This document shows, in pieces, positions 1-9,242 of a stretch of 64,000 nt of DNA. Every line of letters starts with the position of its first letter. The stretch's first letter is position 1. The notes beneath the pieces were generated by a model that saw only the letters and a program-made list of their open reading frames with translations, had not been told where the DNA came from and did no database searches. The position numbers and the translations under genes were made by a program. The stretch comes from Patescibacteria group bacterium (GTDB lineage Bacteria; Patescibacteriota; Patescibacteriia; JAXHNJ01): contig JAXHNJ010000001.1 of assembly GCA_034520665.1 (NCBI GenBank), positions 130,579-194,578 on the forward strand, given 5' to 3'.

Positions 1-1388
1 TTCTAGAAGTTTCCGAAGATACTGTAGAGGTTAAGTCTACCAATGGTGATACTCATCTCGGCGGTGAAGACTTTGACCAGAAAATTATTGGATGGATGAT
101 AGAAGAGTTTAAAAAAGACCAGGGTATTGATTTATCAAATGACCAGATGGCTTTGCAGCGGCTTAAAGAAGCGGCTGAAAAGGCCAAGCATGAGCTTTCT
201 ACTACTCCGGAAACGGAAATAAATCAGCCCTTTATCACTACTGATTCATCCGGTCCTAAACATCTGCAGCTTAAATTAAGCCGGGCTAAACTGGAAGATC
301 TCACTCGTGATTTGGTGGAAAAAACTAAGGAACCGATGAAAAAAGCCTTAGAAGATGCCAACCTAAAAACTTCCGATATCAATGAAGTTATTTTAGTTGG
401 TGGACAAACCCGCATGCCTTTGGTCCAAAAAACTGTTGAAGAATTCTTTGGTAAAAAACCGAATATGAGTGTTAACCCGGACGAGGTAGTGGCCATTGGT
501 GCCGCTGTCCAGGCTGGTGTGCTTCAGGGTGATGTTAAAGATGTCTTATTGCTGGACGTGACTCCGCTCACTTTAGGTATTGAAACTTTAGGCGGCGTGA
601 TGACCCCTTTAATTGACAAAAACACCACTATTCCAGCCTCCAAGTCAAAAGTCTTTTCAACAGCCGCTGACAATCAAACTTCAGTGGAGATCCATGTACT
701 GCAGGGTGAACGACCGATGGCGGGTGATAATAAAACTTTAGGCCGCTTTATTCTATCCGGTATTCCGCCGGCTCCCCGAGGCGTGCCTCAGGTAGAAGTT
801 AGTTTTGACATCGACGCTAACGGTATTCTCAATGTCAAAGCAAAAGACAAAGCCACAAATAAAGAGCAGTCAATTACCATTACTGCCTCTACCCAACTTT
901 CTAAAGATGAGGTGGAGAAAATGAAACAGGAAGCCCAAAAACACGCTGAAGAAGATAAGAAAAAGAAAGAACTCATTGACCTGCAAAATCAGGCCCAAAG
1001 CTTAGTCTTCACGGCTGAAAAATCAATTAAAGACGCTGGAGATAAACTACCGGAAAAAGACAAAAAAGAAATTCAAGAAAAAATTGAAGCCTTAAACAAG
1101 GTCAAAGAATCGGATAAAAAAGACGAAATTAAAAAATCAATTGACGAATTAAATGAAGTCATTCAGAAAATTGGCCAGGCTATGTATGGACAGCAACAAG
1201 GACAACCAGGAGCTCAAGGCCAATCCGGAACTGGTCCACAGGGTCAACCTGGCACTGGTTCTCAAGGCCAAGCCGAAGCTCAAGGTGAAAAGGCCAAACA
1301 AGAAAAGGATAAAAAGCAGGAATCAGATAAACAGAAAAAAGACGGAGATGAAACTGTCGATGCTGATTATGAGGAAGTGAAGAAGTAA
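1..1388 (+). CDS. dnaK: Molecular chaperone DnaK (Hsp70), C-terminal ~460 aa; the 5' end lies outside the window and the true frame begins at nt 3
   Basis: Translation from nt 3 gives ...[31 protein letters not shown]..., the Hsp70 substrate-binding and lid region. The C-terminus is a G/Q-rich tail ending EEVKK. The listed M at 96 is internal. Confidence 0.95.
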   Translation, partial: LEVSEDTVEVKSTNGDTHLGGEDFDQKIIGWMIEEFKKDQGIDLSNDQMALQRLKEAAEKAKHELSTTPETEINQPFITTDSSGPKHLQLKLSRAKLEDLTRDLVEKTKEPMKKALEDANLKTSDINEVILVGGQTRMPLVQKTVEEFFGKKPNMSVNPDEVVAIGAAVQAGVLQGDVKDVLLLDVTPLTLGIETLGGVMTPLIDKNTTIPASKSKVFSTAADNQTSVEIHVLQGERPMAGDNKTLGRFILSGIPPAPRGVPQVEVSFDIDANGILNVKAKDKATNKEQSITITASTQLSKDEVEKMKQEAQKHAEEDKKKKELIDLQNQAQSLVFTAEKSIKDAGDKLPEKDKKEIQEKIEALNKVKESDKKDEIKKSIDELNEVIQKIGQAMYGQQQGQPGAQGQSGTGPQGQPGTGSQGQAEAQGEKAKQEKDKKQESDKQKKDGDETVDADYEEVKK

Positions 1389-1403
1389 TTAACGACTTAA
1401 ATA

Positions 1404-1426
1404 GGGCGGGGCCAACGGCCCCGCCC
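1404..1426 (+). terminator. GC-rich perfect hairpin directly after the dnaK stop; putative terminator without a strong T-tract
   Basis: gggcggggcc-aac-ggccccgccc is a 10-bp perfect stem 15 nt after the stop codon. Flanks are A/T-rich but there is no clean U-run. Confidence 0.45.
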
Positions 1427-1476
1427 AAATATATAATTATAAAGAATGATAAAAATAATAACTGATAAAAATATAA

Positions 1477-1932
1477 ATGATTACATCAATTACCGCCCTT
1501 CATTTGAAGGAAAAAATTACTGATGCCGGGAAAAACTGGCACCACCATTGTTTGCCCAAGACTTGTTTTAAGAATAAAACTGGCCAAGATATAATATTGC
1601 TTGAGGTAGAAAATGGCGTATATTACTGCGAAAGCGATCGGGCCTTAAAAAAAGAGCTGGAAGAGATGGCTTTTCAGCAGGCTAAAGGAGATAATTATAA
1701 AGAGGGGGAGGTTGAACACAAAGCTCTGGACTTAGTCAAAGACTACACCAAGAAAAAAACCAAATGGCATTTTCATATTTGCTACCCGGACTGTTATTTA
1801 AATGATACAGATAAGTTTTTGCTGATTTTGGAAAATGATGAGAATAAAGAAATGAAAAAATGGGAATTTAAGGAAAAACCGGTGGCCCTTGCCCGGGCCA
1901 TTGATGATTATTATCTAGGGAGAAAAAAATAA
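1477..1932 (+). CDS. Hypothetical protein with His/Cys clusters (HHHCLPKTC ... HFHICYPDC); possibly metal-binding
   Basis: 151-aa ORF with no overlapping competitor. I do not recognise a family. Confidence 0.45.
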   Translation: MITSITALHLKEKITDAGKNWHHHCLPKTCFKNKTGQDIILLEVENGVYYCESDRALKKELEEMAFQQAKGDNYKEGEVEHKALDLVKDYTKKKTKWHFHICYPDCYLNDTDKFLLILENDENKEMKKWEFKEKPVALARAIDDYYLGRKK

Positions 1933-2050
1933 TATACTATTCCCAAAAAATCACCCACAGAAGTCGTTGTGGTTTGAACCTGATCTTTAAAAATTAAAAT
2001 AAAAACCCCGCATAAAACGAGGTAAAGATCAAAAAAATTCAGCTCTTTTT

Positions 2051-2419
2051 TCAAAATTCATCGCAACAGTCAAAGCCGGCGTATAGCTTTATCATCTCAA
2101 TCATTATTTCAGTGCCGCTGTAGACTAAGAAGGTAATTAGCCAGAGAATAAAAAAGCTGAAGCAACCGCTAAGGGTATATATCTGGGGTTGCGGCCAGAG
2201 TAGTAAAGTAGTCGTCAGGACAAAAGAGTAGAAGAGAAATGTTGAAAAATGGTCTTCGAAAATAGCGATACTCCAGAGTGGTCCCAGAGAGAGGAAGGCC
2301 AAAAAGAAAAGCGGATTCACCGCTAGATTGAAAAAGCGGTAAACTAAGTAATAAGCGATGAGGAATAAACCGTAGACTGTTAGCTTCAGTAAAACACTAA
2401 AAGTTTTCAATATTATCAC
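2051..2419 (-). CDS. Hypothetical multi-pass membrane protein (GTG start)
   Basis: Strongly hydrophobic 122 aa. It ends 6 nt after the upstream hydrophobic ORF 2426..2638, so this may be one split gene. Confidence 0.35.
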   Translation of the reverse strand: MIILKTFSVLLKLTVYGLFLIAYYLVYRFFNLAVNPLFFLAFLSLGPLWSIAIFEDHFSTFLFYSFVLTTTLLLWPQPQIYTLSGCFSFFILWLITFLVYSGTEIMIEMIKLYAGFDCCDEF

Positions 2420-2425
2420 ACTTCT

Positions 2426-2638
2426 TTATTTTTTAGCCTCTAATTCTTGATTTTTGAAAGCAATTATCATAACCTCTTTCAGGCAAAAGGTGAGCAGAAT
2501 ATTAATAATGAAAAGAATTAAATAGGTAGCGATAATGCTCTGGTAGCCGGAACGGCCCCAAATCGGGTTGAAATAAATAATCGGAAAAATAAATACAGCC
2601 AGATAATGCATAAAAGCTAATTTTTTTCCGATTAGCAT
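2426..2638 (-). CDS. Hypothetical small membrane protein; may be part of a fragmented gene together with 2051..2419
   Basis: Hydrophobic 70 aa. The upstream 2639..2760 has further short hydrophobic reading frames interrupted by stops. Confidence 0.3.
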   Translation of the reverse strand: MLIGKKLAFMHYLAVFIFPIIYFNPIWGRSGYQSIIATYLILFIINILLTFCLKEVMIIAFKNQELEAKK

Positions 2639-2862
2639 TCGGCCAGCGTAAAAGCGATCATCGGTATCATAAAAGTCCAGGCCGGCACATTACTGGCATG
2701 ATGGTGCCAAGTTTGAGCGCCAATAATACCAATTAGCAGGCTAATACTAGGGTTAATCCGTACTTCATTTTACACCTCATTTTTAAAGAGCCAATCATTA
2801 ACTAGTTAATTAAAGTATCAATGATTTGAGTTTATATCAATTTTTAAGGTAAAATAAAGCTA

Positions 2863-3585
2863 ATGAAACACCTTATTATTATCACTTCATATCGAGCACC
2901 AAAATTGATTAAAAAATGTTTGGATAATCTCGTCCTAACGACTAATTTAAATAGTAACAAAATTGTTTTAGTTGATGACGCTAGTGATTTTAAAACTACC
3001 AAAATATTGAAAAAACTGGAAGAAAAATATCCGCAGATAAATTTTGTTTATAATAAAAAAAATATATCCAAACCTTGTTCAGTGAATAATGTTTTAAGAA
3101 AAAATTCTAATATGGATTACTATACTATTCTTGACCAGGATGTTTTTATAAAAACTAAAAACTGGGATAAAATTTTATTTAAAGCTCATCAAGTTTTTAA
3201 AGATAAAGCTATCCTGGGAGTCTTTACCCAGGAAAAAGGTTATTCTTTTCAAAAAGGTGGGTTTAATTTTATGGATCCTTATCCTTTCTGGACTTTAGCT
3301 GGGCGTTTTTTCTCATTTTCTAAAAAAATTTTTAGTAAATTAGGATACTTATATGATAAGAGTTATCGTCATGAAGATAGAGAATATTGTTTTCGCGCTT
3401 ATTTGGCTGGTTTTAGATGGTATTACTTGAGAGATATTAAAGCTAGTACGGTTATCCATTCTTTAACCAAAAGAAGAAAATTTGAATTAAAACGAGGCGA
3501 AAAAGAGGAAAAGATTATTCAAAAGAAGAGAAACCAGTATTTAATGCTTACTCATGATATTTATTATTCTCCCTTTAAAAAATAA
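2863..3585 (+). CDS. Family 2 glycosyltransferase (GT2)
   Basis: N-terminal IIITSYRAPKLIKKCLDNLV...IVLVDDASD matches the GT2 Rossmann core and DxD-type motif. Confidence 0.75.
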   Translation: MKHLIIITSYRAPKLIKKCLDNLVLTTNLNSNKIVLVDDASDFKTTKILKKLEEKYPQINFVYNKKNISKPCSVNNVLRKNSNMDYYTILDQDVFIKTKNWDKILFKAHQVFKDKAILGVFTQEKGYSFQKGGFNFMDPYPFWTLAGRFFSFSKKIFSKLGYLYDKSYRHEDREYCFRAYLAGFRWYYLRDIKASTVIHSLTKRRKFELKRGEKEEKIIQKKRNQYLMLTHDIYYSPFKK

Positions 3586-3614
3586 AAATTTATTATAATT
3601 AATCTTTAAGAACT

Positions 3615-3911
3615 ATGAATCAAAATCAAGCCCAAGGGCAAAAAGTTAATCTCAAAGCCACAGATGAAATCTTAAAAGGCCATTATGCTAATAATCTGAT
3701 GGCGGCACACTCTAAAGAAGAATTTGTTTTGGATTTTATTAATCTTTTTCCGCCACAGGGGCAATTAGTCTCGCGGATAGTTACTTCACCCGGTCATTTA
3801 AAAAGAATTGTCAATGCTTTAACTCAAAATCTGAAAAAGTACGAGGAAAAATTTGGCGAAATTAAACAGGCTGAAAATCCACAAAAGCAGGATATTGGTT
3901 TTAAAGGCTAA
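3615..3911 (+). CDS. DUF3467 family protein
   Basis: The motif ...LKGHYANNLMAAHSKEEFVLDFINLFPPQG...SPGHLKR... is characteristic of DUF3467 small proteins. Confidence 0.65.
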   Translation: MNQNQAQGQKVNLKATDEILKGHYANNLMAAHSKEEFVLDFINLFPPQGQLVSRIVTSPGHLKRIVNALTQNLKKYEEKFGEIKQAENPQKQDIGFKG

Positions 3912-4001
3912 ATAAAAACTTTCCATATATAAATGGAAAGCTGTGAAAAAATAAGGCCCTGGTTTTGTTTCCAGAGCCAAGGGAGGGAAGACCTATGCGC
4001 T

Positions 4002-4232
4002 TTAGTGTATTATTATATAAGTTATAAAAGAGGCTAATATAATAAAACCCATCATAACTAAAAGGAACTTATCAGCAAAATCTAAAGGCCGGTGATTCAT
4101 TCTTTCCATAATATATTCATATTCCCAAGATTCAGGAATAATCCCCAAATAGTTATTGTTTCTATCTCTGGCCATTTCTCTTATCAGCCTCTCTTTAAAG
4201 GAACCTCTGTTTAGCAGTTTTGACAATAACAT
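4002..4232 (-). CDS. Hypothetical small membrane protein
   Basis: 76-aa ORF with a C-terminal hydrophobic helix. It sits in an otherwise empty interval. Confidence 0.3.
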   Translation of the reverse strand: MLLSKLLNRGSFKERLIREMARDRNNNYLGIIPESWEYEYIMERMNHRPLDFADKFLLVMMGFIILASFITYIIIH

Positions 4233-4361
4233 TTATAACCTCCTTTTAAAAGTGCGGAAAAAATTAACAATTTAATTTACCATAAAATATAATATATGTC
4301 AAACCAAGATCTTGAAAAATAAGGCAATTTTTGCTAAAATTCATTTATTAAAACCAAATAT

Positions 4362-5555
4362 ATGAAATATAAAAATAAACCCAAAATAGATAAAATAAAA
4401 GATAAAGTAAAACCGAAAAAAGAAATTTCCCGGAAACAAAAGATTAAAATCTTGGCTATGAGCATAGTTACTTTTGGTGGGGGGCTTTTATCTTGGTATG
4501 CTCTTTTCCGAGTTTTAAAAAATGGTATTCGTCTGGAAAGTGGCCAAGTTATTTCTTCTTTAGTTACTTTACTTTTTCCGGTTTTATCATTTTGTTTATG
4601 GGTGGCTTTGGTTGGTTTAGTAGCTGTTTTTGTCAACAAAAAATGGTTGCGAAATTTAACCTATTTTCTTTCAGTGGCTTTAGTTTTTATATTTTTTGGA
4701 ATATCTATTTATACCTTTTTAGTTTTTATTTTTATTAGTCTTGGTTTTCTTTTCTTTGCCAGGGGAGTGCGAAAAGAAAGAGATGATCGTATAAAATTTC
4801 ATATATTAAACTGTATCAAGGTTCATTTATTGTTTACTTTTTTAATTTGTGTTCTAGGTGTTTCCATACTTTTTTATGCTCAGCTGGTCGGTCAGGAGAG
4901 AAGCGATGATGAAAAAATCAGCTCTATTTTGGCCGGCAATTTGGCTAATATTGTTAATTTGGTTTTAGAAAGTCAGTTTGAAACTTATAATCCGGATATG
5001 ACTTTAGACGAATTTATTTTGACTGGAGCCGAAAGTTTTGTAGAAAATATTGGGTCGCAGATCGGAGATGAGGTTAAAGTTGAGGAAAGTTTTCAACAGC
5101 AAGAATTACAGGAAGAGATTCAAAGAGCTATTGATTCGGGGCAGATTAAAAGAGAAAAAATTCCGCCCGAGATTTTAAAGAAAATAGATGAAGGTCGTCT
5201 TGAAACCAAAGACATTGTTGAAGCTGAATTAACCGGTTTATTTACTGAAGAGTTAAGTCAGGCCCGGGACGATTTTCTGAAACAAATGGGTATTGAAGCT
5301 TCCGGGGACGAAAAAATTGGTTCAGTTATAAAAAAAATAGTATCGGTCAAACTTGATGAAGGTATGGCTTCTTATGAAAATATTATTCCTCCAGTATTGG
5401 CAGTGACTTTATTTATTAGTCTGGCTATTTTCAATTATTTTTACAGTCTATTGGCGGCTATTTTTGCTCTAGTTATTTATATGATACTATTTTTAACCGG
5501 TTTTGTGGCTATCAGAAAAGAGAACCGAGAAGTAGAAGTAGCTGAGTTGTCTTGA
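4362..5555 (+). CDS. Hypothetical integral membrane protein with a Lys-rich N-terminus, several TM helices and an acidic central segment
   Basis: 397-aa ORF with hydrophobic stretches at both ends. The overlapping minus-strand ORF 4334..4639 is rejected. Confidence 0.55.
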   Translation: MKYKNKPKIDKIKDKVKPKKEISRKQKIKILAMSIVTFGGGLLSWYALFRVLKNGIRLESGQVISSLVTLLFPVLSFCLWVALVGLVAVFVNKKWLRNLTYFLSVALVFIFFGISIYTFLVFIFISLGFLFFARGVRKERDDRIKFHILNCIKVHLLFTFLICVLGVSILFYAQLVGQERSDDEKISSILAGNLANIVNLVLESQFETYNPDMTLDEFILTGAESFVENIGSQIGDEVKVEESFQQQELQEEIQRAIDSGQIKREKIPPEILKKIDEGRLETKDIVEAELTGLFTEELSQARDDFLKQMGIEASGDEKIGSVIKKIVSVKLDEGMASYENIIPPVLAVTLFISLAIFNYFYSLLAAIFALVIYMILFLTGFVAIRKENREVEVAELS

Positions 5556-5568
5556 AAATTTAAATATT

Positions 5569-6711
5569 ATGTCTAAGGATTACTATAATATACTCGGCGT
5601 TGGTAAAGACGCTGATGAAAATGAAATAAAAAAAGCTTATCGTAAGCTAGCCCATAAATACCATCCTGATAAAAAAGGCGGTGATGAAGCTAAATTTAAG
5701 GAAATTAATCAAGCCTATCAGGTTTTAAGCAATAAAGAAAAAAGGGCCCAGTATGATCAATATGGCTCTACTTTTGAAGACGCCGCTTCCGGCGGTGCTA
5801 GAGGCGGGTTTAATTGGCAGGACTTTGCTCGTCAAGCTGGCGGTTTTTCCTCTTCGGACTTTTATCGGCAGAGCCAGGGGACCGGAAGAGGACAGTATCA
5901 AGATTTCGATTTTGGTGATTTAGGTGATATTTTCGGGGATATTTTTGGCTTTGGCGGCCGTTCTTCGCAAAGGCAAAGTCGTCGAGGTCGGGCCCGCGAT
6001 ATAGAAGCATCTATGAATGTAGATTTTATGGAAGCTGTTTTTGGCGCCGAAAAATTTATTACCCTGGACAAAAATGTCCGTTGTGAGAAGTGTCAGGGCA
6101 GTGGAGCCGAACCTGGTAGTAAAATAGAAACCTGTAAAACTTGTGGTGGCTCTGGCCAGGTGCAAAGAATACAAAATACTTTTTTAGGTCAAATGAGAAC
6201 AGCTGGTGTTTGTCCCGATTGTCAGGGGCAGGGCCAAAAGCCTGGCAAAAAATGTTCTCAGTGTGGCGGCCAAGGAATAGTTAAAGAGAGAAAAGAAATA
6301 AAAGTGAAAATACCAGCTGGTATTGATACCGGTCAGGCTATTCGTTTAGCTGGTCAGGGCGAAGCCGCGCCAAGAGGCAGACAAAATAGTGATTTATATA
6401 TTAGGATAAAAGTTAACCCGGATTCTCGCTTTGAACGCCGTGATTTTGATATTTACAGTAACTTAGAAATTTCTTTTTCTGAAGCGGCCTTAGGCACTAA
6501 AAAGCCTGTAGAAACTGTCGATGGAGAGGTTTCTTTAAAAATTCCTTCAGGGGTGCAGACTGGAAAAATGTTAAGATTAAAAAATAAGGGAGTGCCACGC
6601 CTTAAAGCCGGTGGCCGGGGCGATCATTATGTAAAAATAATAGTTAAGACACCCGGGCGGTTAAATCGTAAACAAAAGAAAATATTTAAGGAATTAGCTG
6701 AAGAAGAGTAA
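5569..6711 (+). CDS. dnaJ: Chaperone DnaJ (J domain, G/F-rich linker, four CxxCxGxG zinc-finger repeats, C-terminal domains)
   Basis: DYYNILGV...HPDKK J-domain HPD motif; CEKCQGSG, CKTCGGSG, CPDCQGQG, CSQCGGQG repeats. Confidence 0.95.
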   Translation: MSKDYYNILGVGKDADENEIKKAYRKLAHKYHPDKKGGDEAKFKEINQAYQVLSNKEKRAQYDQYGSTFEDAASGGARGGFNWQDFARQAGGFSSSDFYRQSQGTGRGQYQDFDFGDLGDIFGDIFGFGGRSSQRQSRRGRARDIEASMNVDFMEAVFGAEKFITLDKNVRCEKCQGSGAEPGSKIETCKTCGGSGQVQRIQNTFLGQMRTAGVCPDCQGQGQKPGKKCSQCGGQGIVKERKEIKVKIPAGIDTGQAIRLAGQGEAAPRGRQNSDLYIRIKVNPDSRFERRDFDIYSNLEISFSEAALGTKKPVETVDGEVSLKIPSGVQTGKMLRLKNKGVPRLKAGGRGDHYVKIIVKTPGRLNRKQKKIFKELAEEE

Positions 6712-6725
6712 GTAGTCTGTTATTT

Positions 6726-6754
6726 TTGATTTTTTCGTAAATTTATGCTATAAT
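6726..6754 (+). promoter_or_regulatory. Sigma70-like promoter with extended -10 (TTGATT, 17 nt spacer, tgcTATAAT)
   Basis: Consensus-like hexamers about 30 nt upstream of the 6783 ORF. Confidence 0.4.
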
Positions 6755-6782
6755 ATAGATATAAAAATAAAAAACAAAAAGT

Positions 6783-7346
6783 ATGGCAATATTTTTTGGC
6801 AGTGTGGTGGCTAATGCCACTAATTCAGCTACTACCTATGTATCTAATATAAACTGGGCTGAACCGACCTGGGACTTATTTATAGTCTTGTTTTTTATTA
6901 TTGCCGGTTTTCTTTACGGCATGTCCTTAGGTAAGGATAGGATTATTATTATAATAATTTCTATTTATATGTCTCTGGCTGTGGTTAATACGCCGCCAGT
7001 GATGGATGTGATGAAAGAGATGTTTGCCGTTAAAATGTCTACTTTCTTAGTTATTTTTATTTTATTATTTTTCTTTCTTTCCCGTTCAGCCTTACTTAAG
7101 GCTTTGAGCAATACGGATAGCCGCGGTAGCTGGTGGCAGGTTATTCTTTTTAGTATTTTACATGTTGGTCTTTTGGTTAGTATTACCCTTTCCTTTTTAC
7201 CACCTGAGTCTTTAGAACAGCTATCACCCTTAACCAAAACTTTATTTGCCGGCGACTACGCTCGTTTTGGCTGGATAGTGGCCCCGATTGTTATGATGAT
7301 ATTGATTAAAGGGGATTCAAAAAAGAAAATTAAATACGATTTATAA
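6783..7346 (+). CDS. Hypothetical integral membrane protein
   Basis: 187-aa ORF with multiple hydrophobic helices. Confidence 0.45.
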   Translation: MAIFFGSVVANATNSATTYVSNINWAEPTWDLFIVLFFIIAGFLYGMSLGKDRIIIIIISIYMSLAVVNTPPVMDVMKEMFAVKMSTFLVIFILLFFFLSRSALLKALSNTDSRGSWWQVILFSILHVGLLVSITLSFLPPESLEQLSPLTKTLFAGDYARFGWIVAPIVMMILIKGDSKKKIKYDL

Positions 7347-7461
7347 ATATATACTGATTTAAAACAGCTATTTTTTTAAAAGGGAGTTTTTTTTAACCTC
7401 TTTTGTATTCTCCTAGAATAGGCGGTTAAGTGGTTAGGCTTAGAACTTGTTTTTTTTAGAC

Positions 7462-7490
7462 TTGACAAGGTTTATCTCTTATGATAATAT
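7462..7490 (+). promoter_or_regulatory. Sigma70-like promoter (TTGACA, 17 nt spacer, TAATAT)
   Basis: Perfect -35 hexamer about 110 nt upstream of ORF 7599. That ORF has a strong RBS (agaggggagaaaATG). Confidence 0.45.
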
Positions 7491-7598
7491 TCTTAGTTGT
7501 TCCAAAAGAGAACAGTCTTGAATATGACTAAATTCGATATTGAATAGCACCTTATATTAGATATTATTTATAATATCAATACACCAAGAGGGGAGAAA

Positions 7599-7892
7599 AT
7601 GAACATTAAGAGATTGTATTATGCCTTATATGATTTAAAAAATCAGATTATAGTTTACGGATATATTTCATCGCCTAAAAATAGTATTGAAATAACTGAT
7701 AAAATAAAAACTCTGATTGCTAATAACCCCAATTTTAAAATCAGTAAAGAATCATCCAAAGTTTTCATCAAACTTAAAAGAATAAATAATCCTGAGAAGT
7801 TTATCCGTAATAGACTAAATTTACCTGACGACTTAGTACAAGCGCAGGTTAAAAAAATTCATCTCAATAATATAACAAGCTCCTATTATTAA
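7599..7892 (+). CDS. Hypothetical protein
   Basis: 97-aa ORF with a good RBS. No family recognised. Confidence 0.4.
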   Translation: MNIKRLYYALYDLKNQIIVYGYISSPKNSIEITDKIKTLIANNPNFKISKESSKVFIKLKRINNPEKFIRNRLNLPDDLVQAQVKKIHLNNITSSYY

Positions 7893-8857
7893 AAGGAGCT
7901 TTTTTTTATTTTTTTAATTATTGTTTTGATTTCTTCAATATGGCTGGTTTGAACCAGTTCTTTTCTGTATTTAGAAGCGCCTGGAAAACCGCTGATATAC
8001 CAGGCTAGGTGCTTTCTTAGCTCAATCAAACCATGGTCTTTTTTTGTTTTATAGACCAGCCGGGCGTGCTGAAGTATTACTTTTTTTATTTGCGGCCAGG
8101 TGAATTCTTTGTATTCATTCTTTTTAAGATAATCTTTTATTTGCTGAAAAAGCCAGGGTTTTCCTCGTACACTACGAGCTAATCCTAAGCCATGACAGCC
8201 GGTTTTATCTAGCATTTCTTTGGCTTTTTCAGGGCTGTCAATACCGCCATTGCCTAAAACAGGAATATTGACCAGTCTTTTAATTTTTTTAATCATCTCA
8301 AAGTTAACCGGACCAGAAAAAGGTTTTTCATAAGAACGTGCGTGAATCATAATGGCGGATAAGGGCAGTTTTTTTACCTTTTTGATTAGATCTACACCAG
8401 TTATTTTTTTTGCTTTATAATTAATAGATGATCTTATTTTTATTGATACTGGTAAGCTCGTGCCTTTAAGTGTATTTTCAATAATTTGATAACATTTATC
8501 TAAATCTCTCATTAAAGATACCCCGCCGCCGTGGCGGGTTACTTTCTTAGCCGGACAGCCAAAGTTTATATCGATGCCGCTGGCTCCTGATTTTTCCCCT
8601 AAGGAAGCGGCTTTGGTAAATTTTTCCGGGCGTTTACCAAAAAGCTGAATGACAAGGGACTTTTCTTTTTTATTCGAATTTAGTAAGTCTAAAGTTTTTT
8701 TACTCTCATAAAAAAGCCCGTCAGCTGAAGTCATTTCCGAATACAAAACATCAGCGCCGTATTTTTGACAAAGCTGCCTAAAGGCTGAGTCAGTAATACC
8801 GGCCATAGGAGCCAGAGCCAAAATAGGCTTATTTATTTTTTGCCAGAAGTTTTTCAT
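7889..8857 (-). CDS. dus: tRNA-dihydrouridine synthase (Dus family, DusB-like)
   Basis: LALAPMAGITDSAFRQLC...DINFGCP...IKIR... are Dus TIM-barrel FMN-binding motifs. Confidence 0.9.
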   Translation of the reverse strand: MKNFWQKINKPILALAPMAGITDSAFRQLCQKYGADVLYSEMTSADGLFYESKKTLDLLNSNKKEKSLVIQLFGKRPEKFTKAASLGEKSGASGIDINFGCPAKKVTRHGGGVSLMRDLDKCYQIIENTLKGTSLPVSIKIRSSINYKAKKITGVDLIKKVKKLPLSAIMIHARSYEKPFSGPVNFEMIKKIKRLVNIPVLGNGGIDSPEKAKEMLDKTGCHGLGLARSVRGKPWLFQQIKDYLKKNEYKEFTWPQIKKVILQHARLVYKTKKDHGLIELRKHLAWYISGFPGASKYRKELVQTSHIEEIKTIIKKIKKSSF

Positions 8858-8895
8858 TATAGATTTATATTACTTTAAATTTTAAGTATTTACAA

Positions 8896-8932
8896 ATAGA
8901 AAAAGACCCCCTCCCTCAGTAGTGGAAGGGGG
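8896..8932 (-). terminator. Rho-independent terminator for the minus-strand small ORF 8989..9171
   Basis: On the minus strand: cccccttcc-actactga-gggaggggg followed by tctttttctattt. Confidence 0.6.
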
Positions 8933-8988
8933 CTGATTAATTGAGCAGTAAAATTTTGTTACTCAATGTTTGGAAGCAAAAGAACGAT

Positions 8989-9171
8989 TTAAACTAATCC
9001 CACCATAGCCACTAAGAAAAGGCTGAGACAAGAAACCATAGTACTGGCTAAACAGATACCGCCGGCAATTTCACCGAGGACGTGTCTGTCTTTTTGGCAC
9101 TCCATGCCTTCAGGAGTTTCTTGTTCAGGAGTGTTTTCTTCGCCTTGGGGATCTTCTTTGATTTTTGACAT
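8989..9171 (-). CDS. Hypothetical small tail-anchored membrane protein (acidic N-terminus, C-terminal TM helix)
   Basis: 60-aa ORF followed by its own intrinsic terminator, which supports it being a real gene. Confidence 0.4.
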   Translation of the reverse strand: MSKIKEDPQGEENTPEQETPEGMECQKDRHVLGEIAGGICLASTMVSCLSLFLVAMVGLV

Positions 9172-9242
9172 AATTTTTTCCTTTTTGTTTTTGTTTTTTT
9201 TTCGAGCTGAGCTCGATTTTCGACCTTTTATTATCCTAAATA

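Noticed and set aside
224-1428. ORFs 224..496(-), 788..976(-), 1153..1380(+) and 1180..1428(-) inside dnaK
   Set aside because: They lie entirely within, or antisense to, the unambiguous DnaK reading frame. They are AT-rich-genome frame artefacts.
4334-4738. ORFs 4334..4639(-) and 4493..4738(+)
   Set aside because: They overlap the longer 397-aa membrane-protein ORF 4362..5555. They are alternative-frame artefacts.
5810-6174. ORFs 5810..6010(-) and 5920..6174(-) inside dnaJ
   Set aside because: Antisense to the DnaJ gene.
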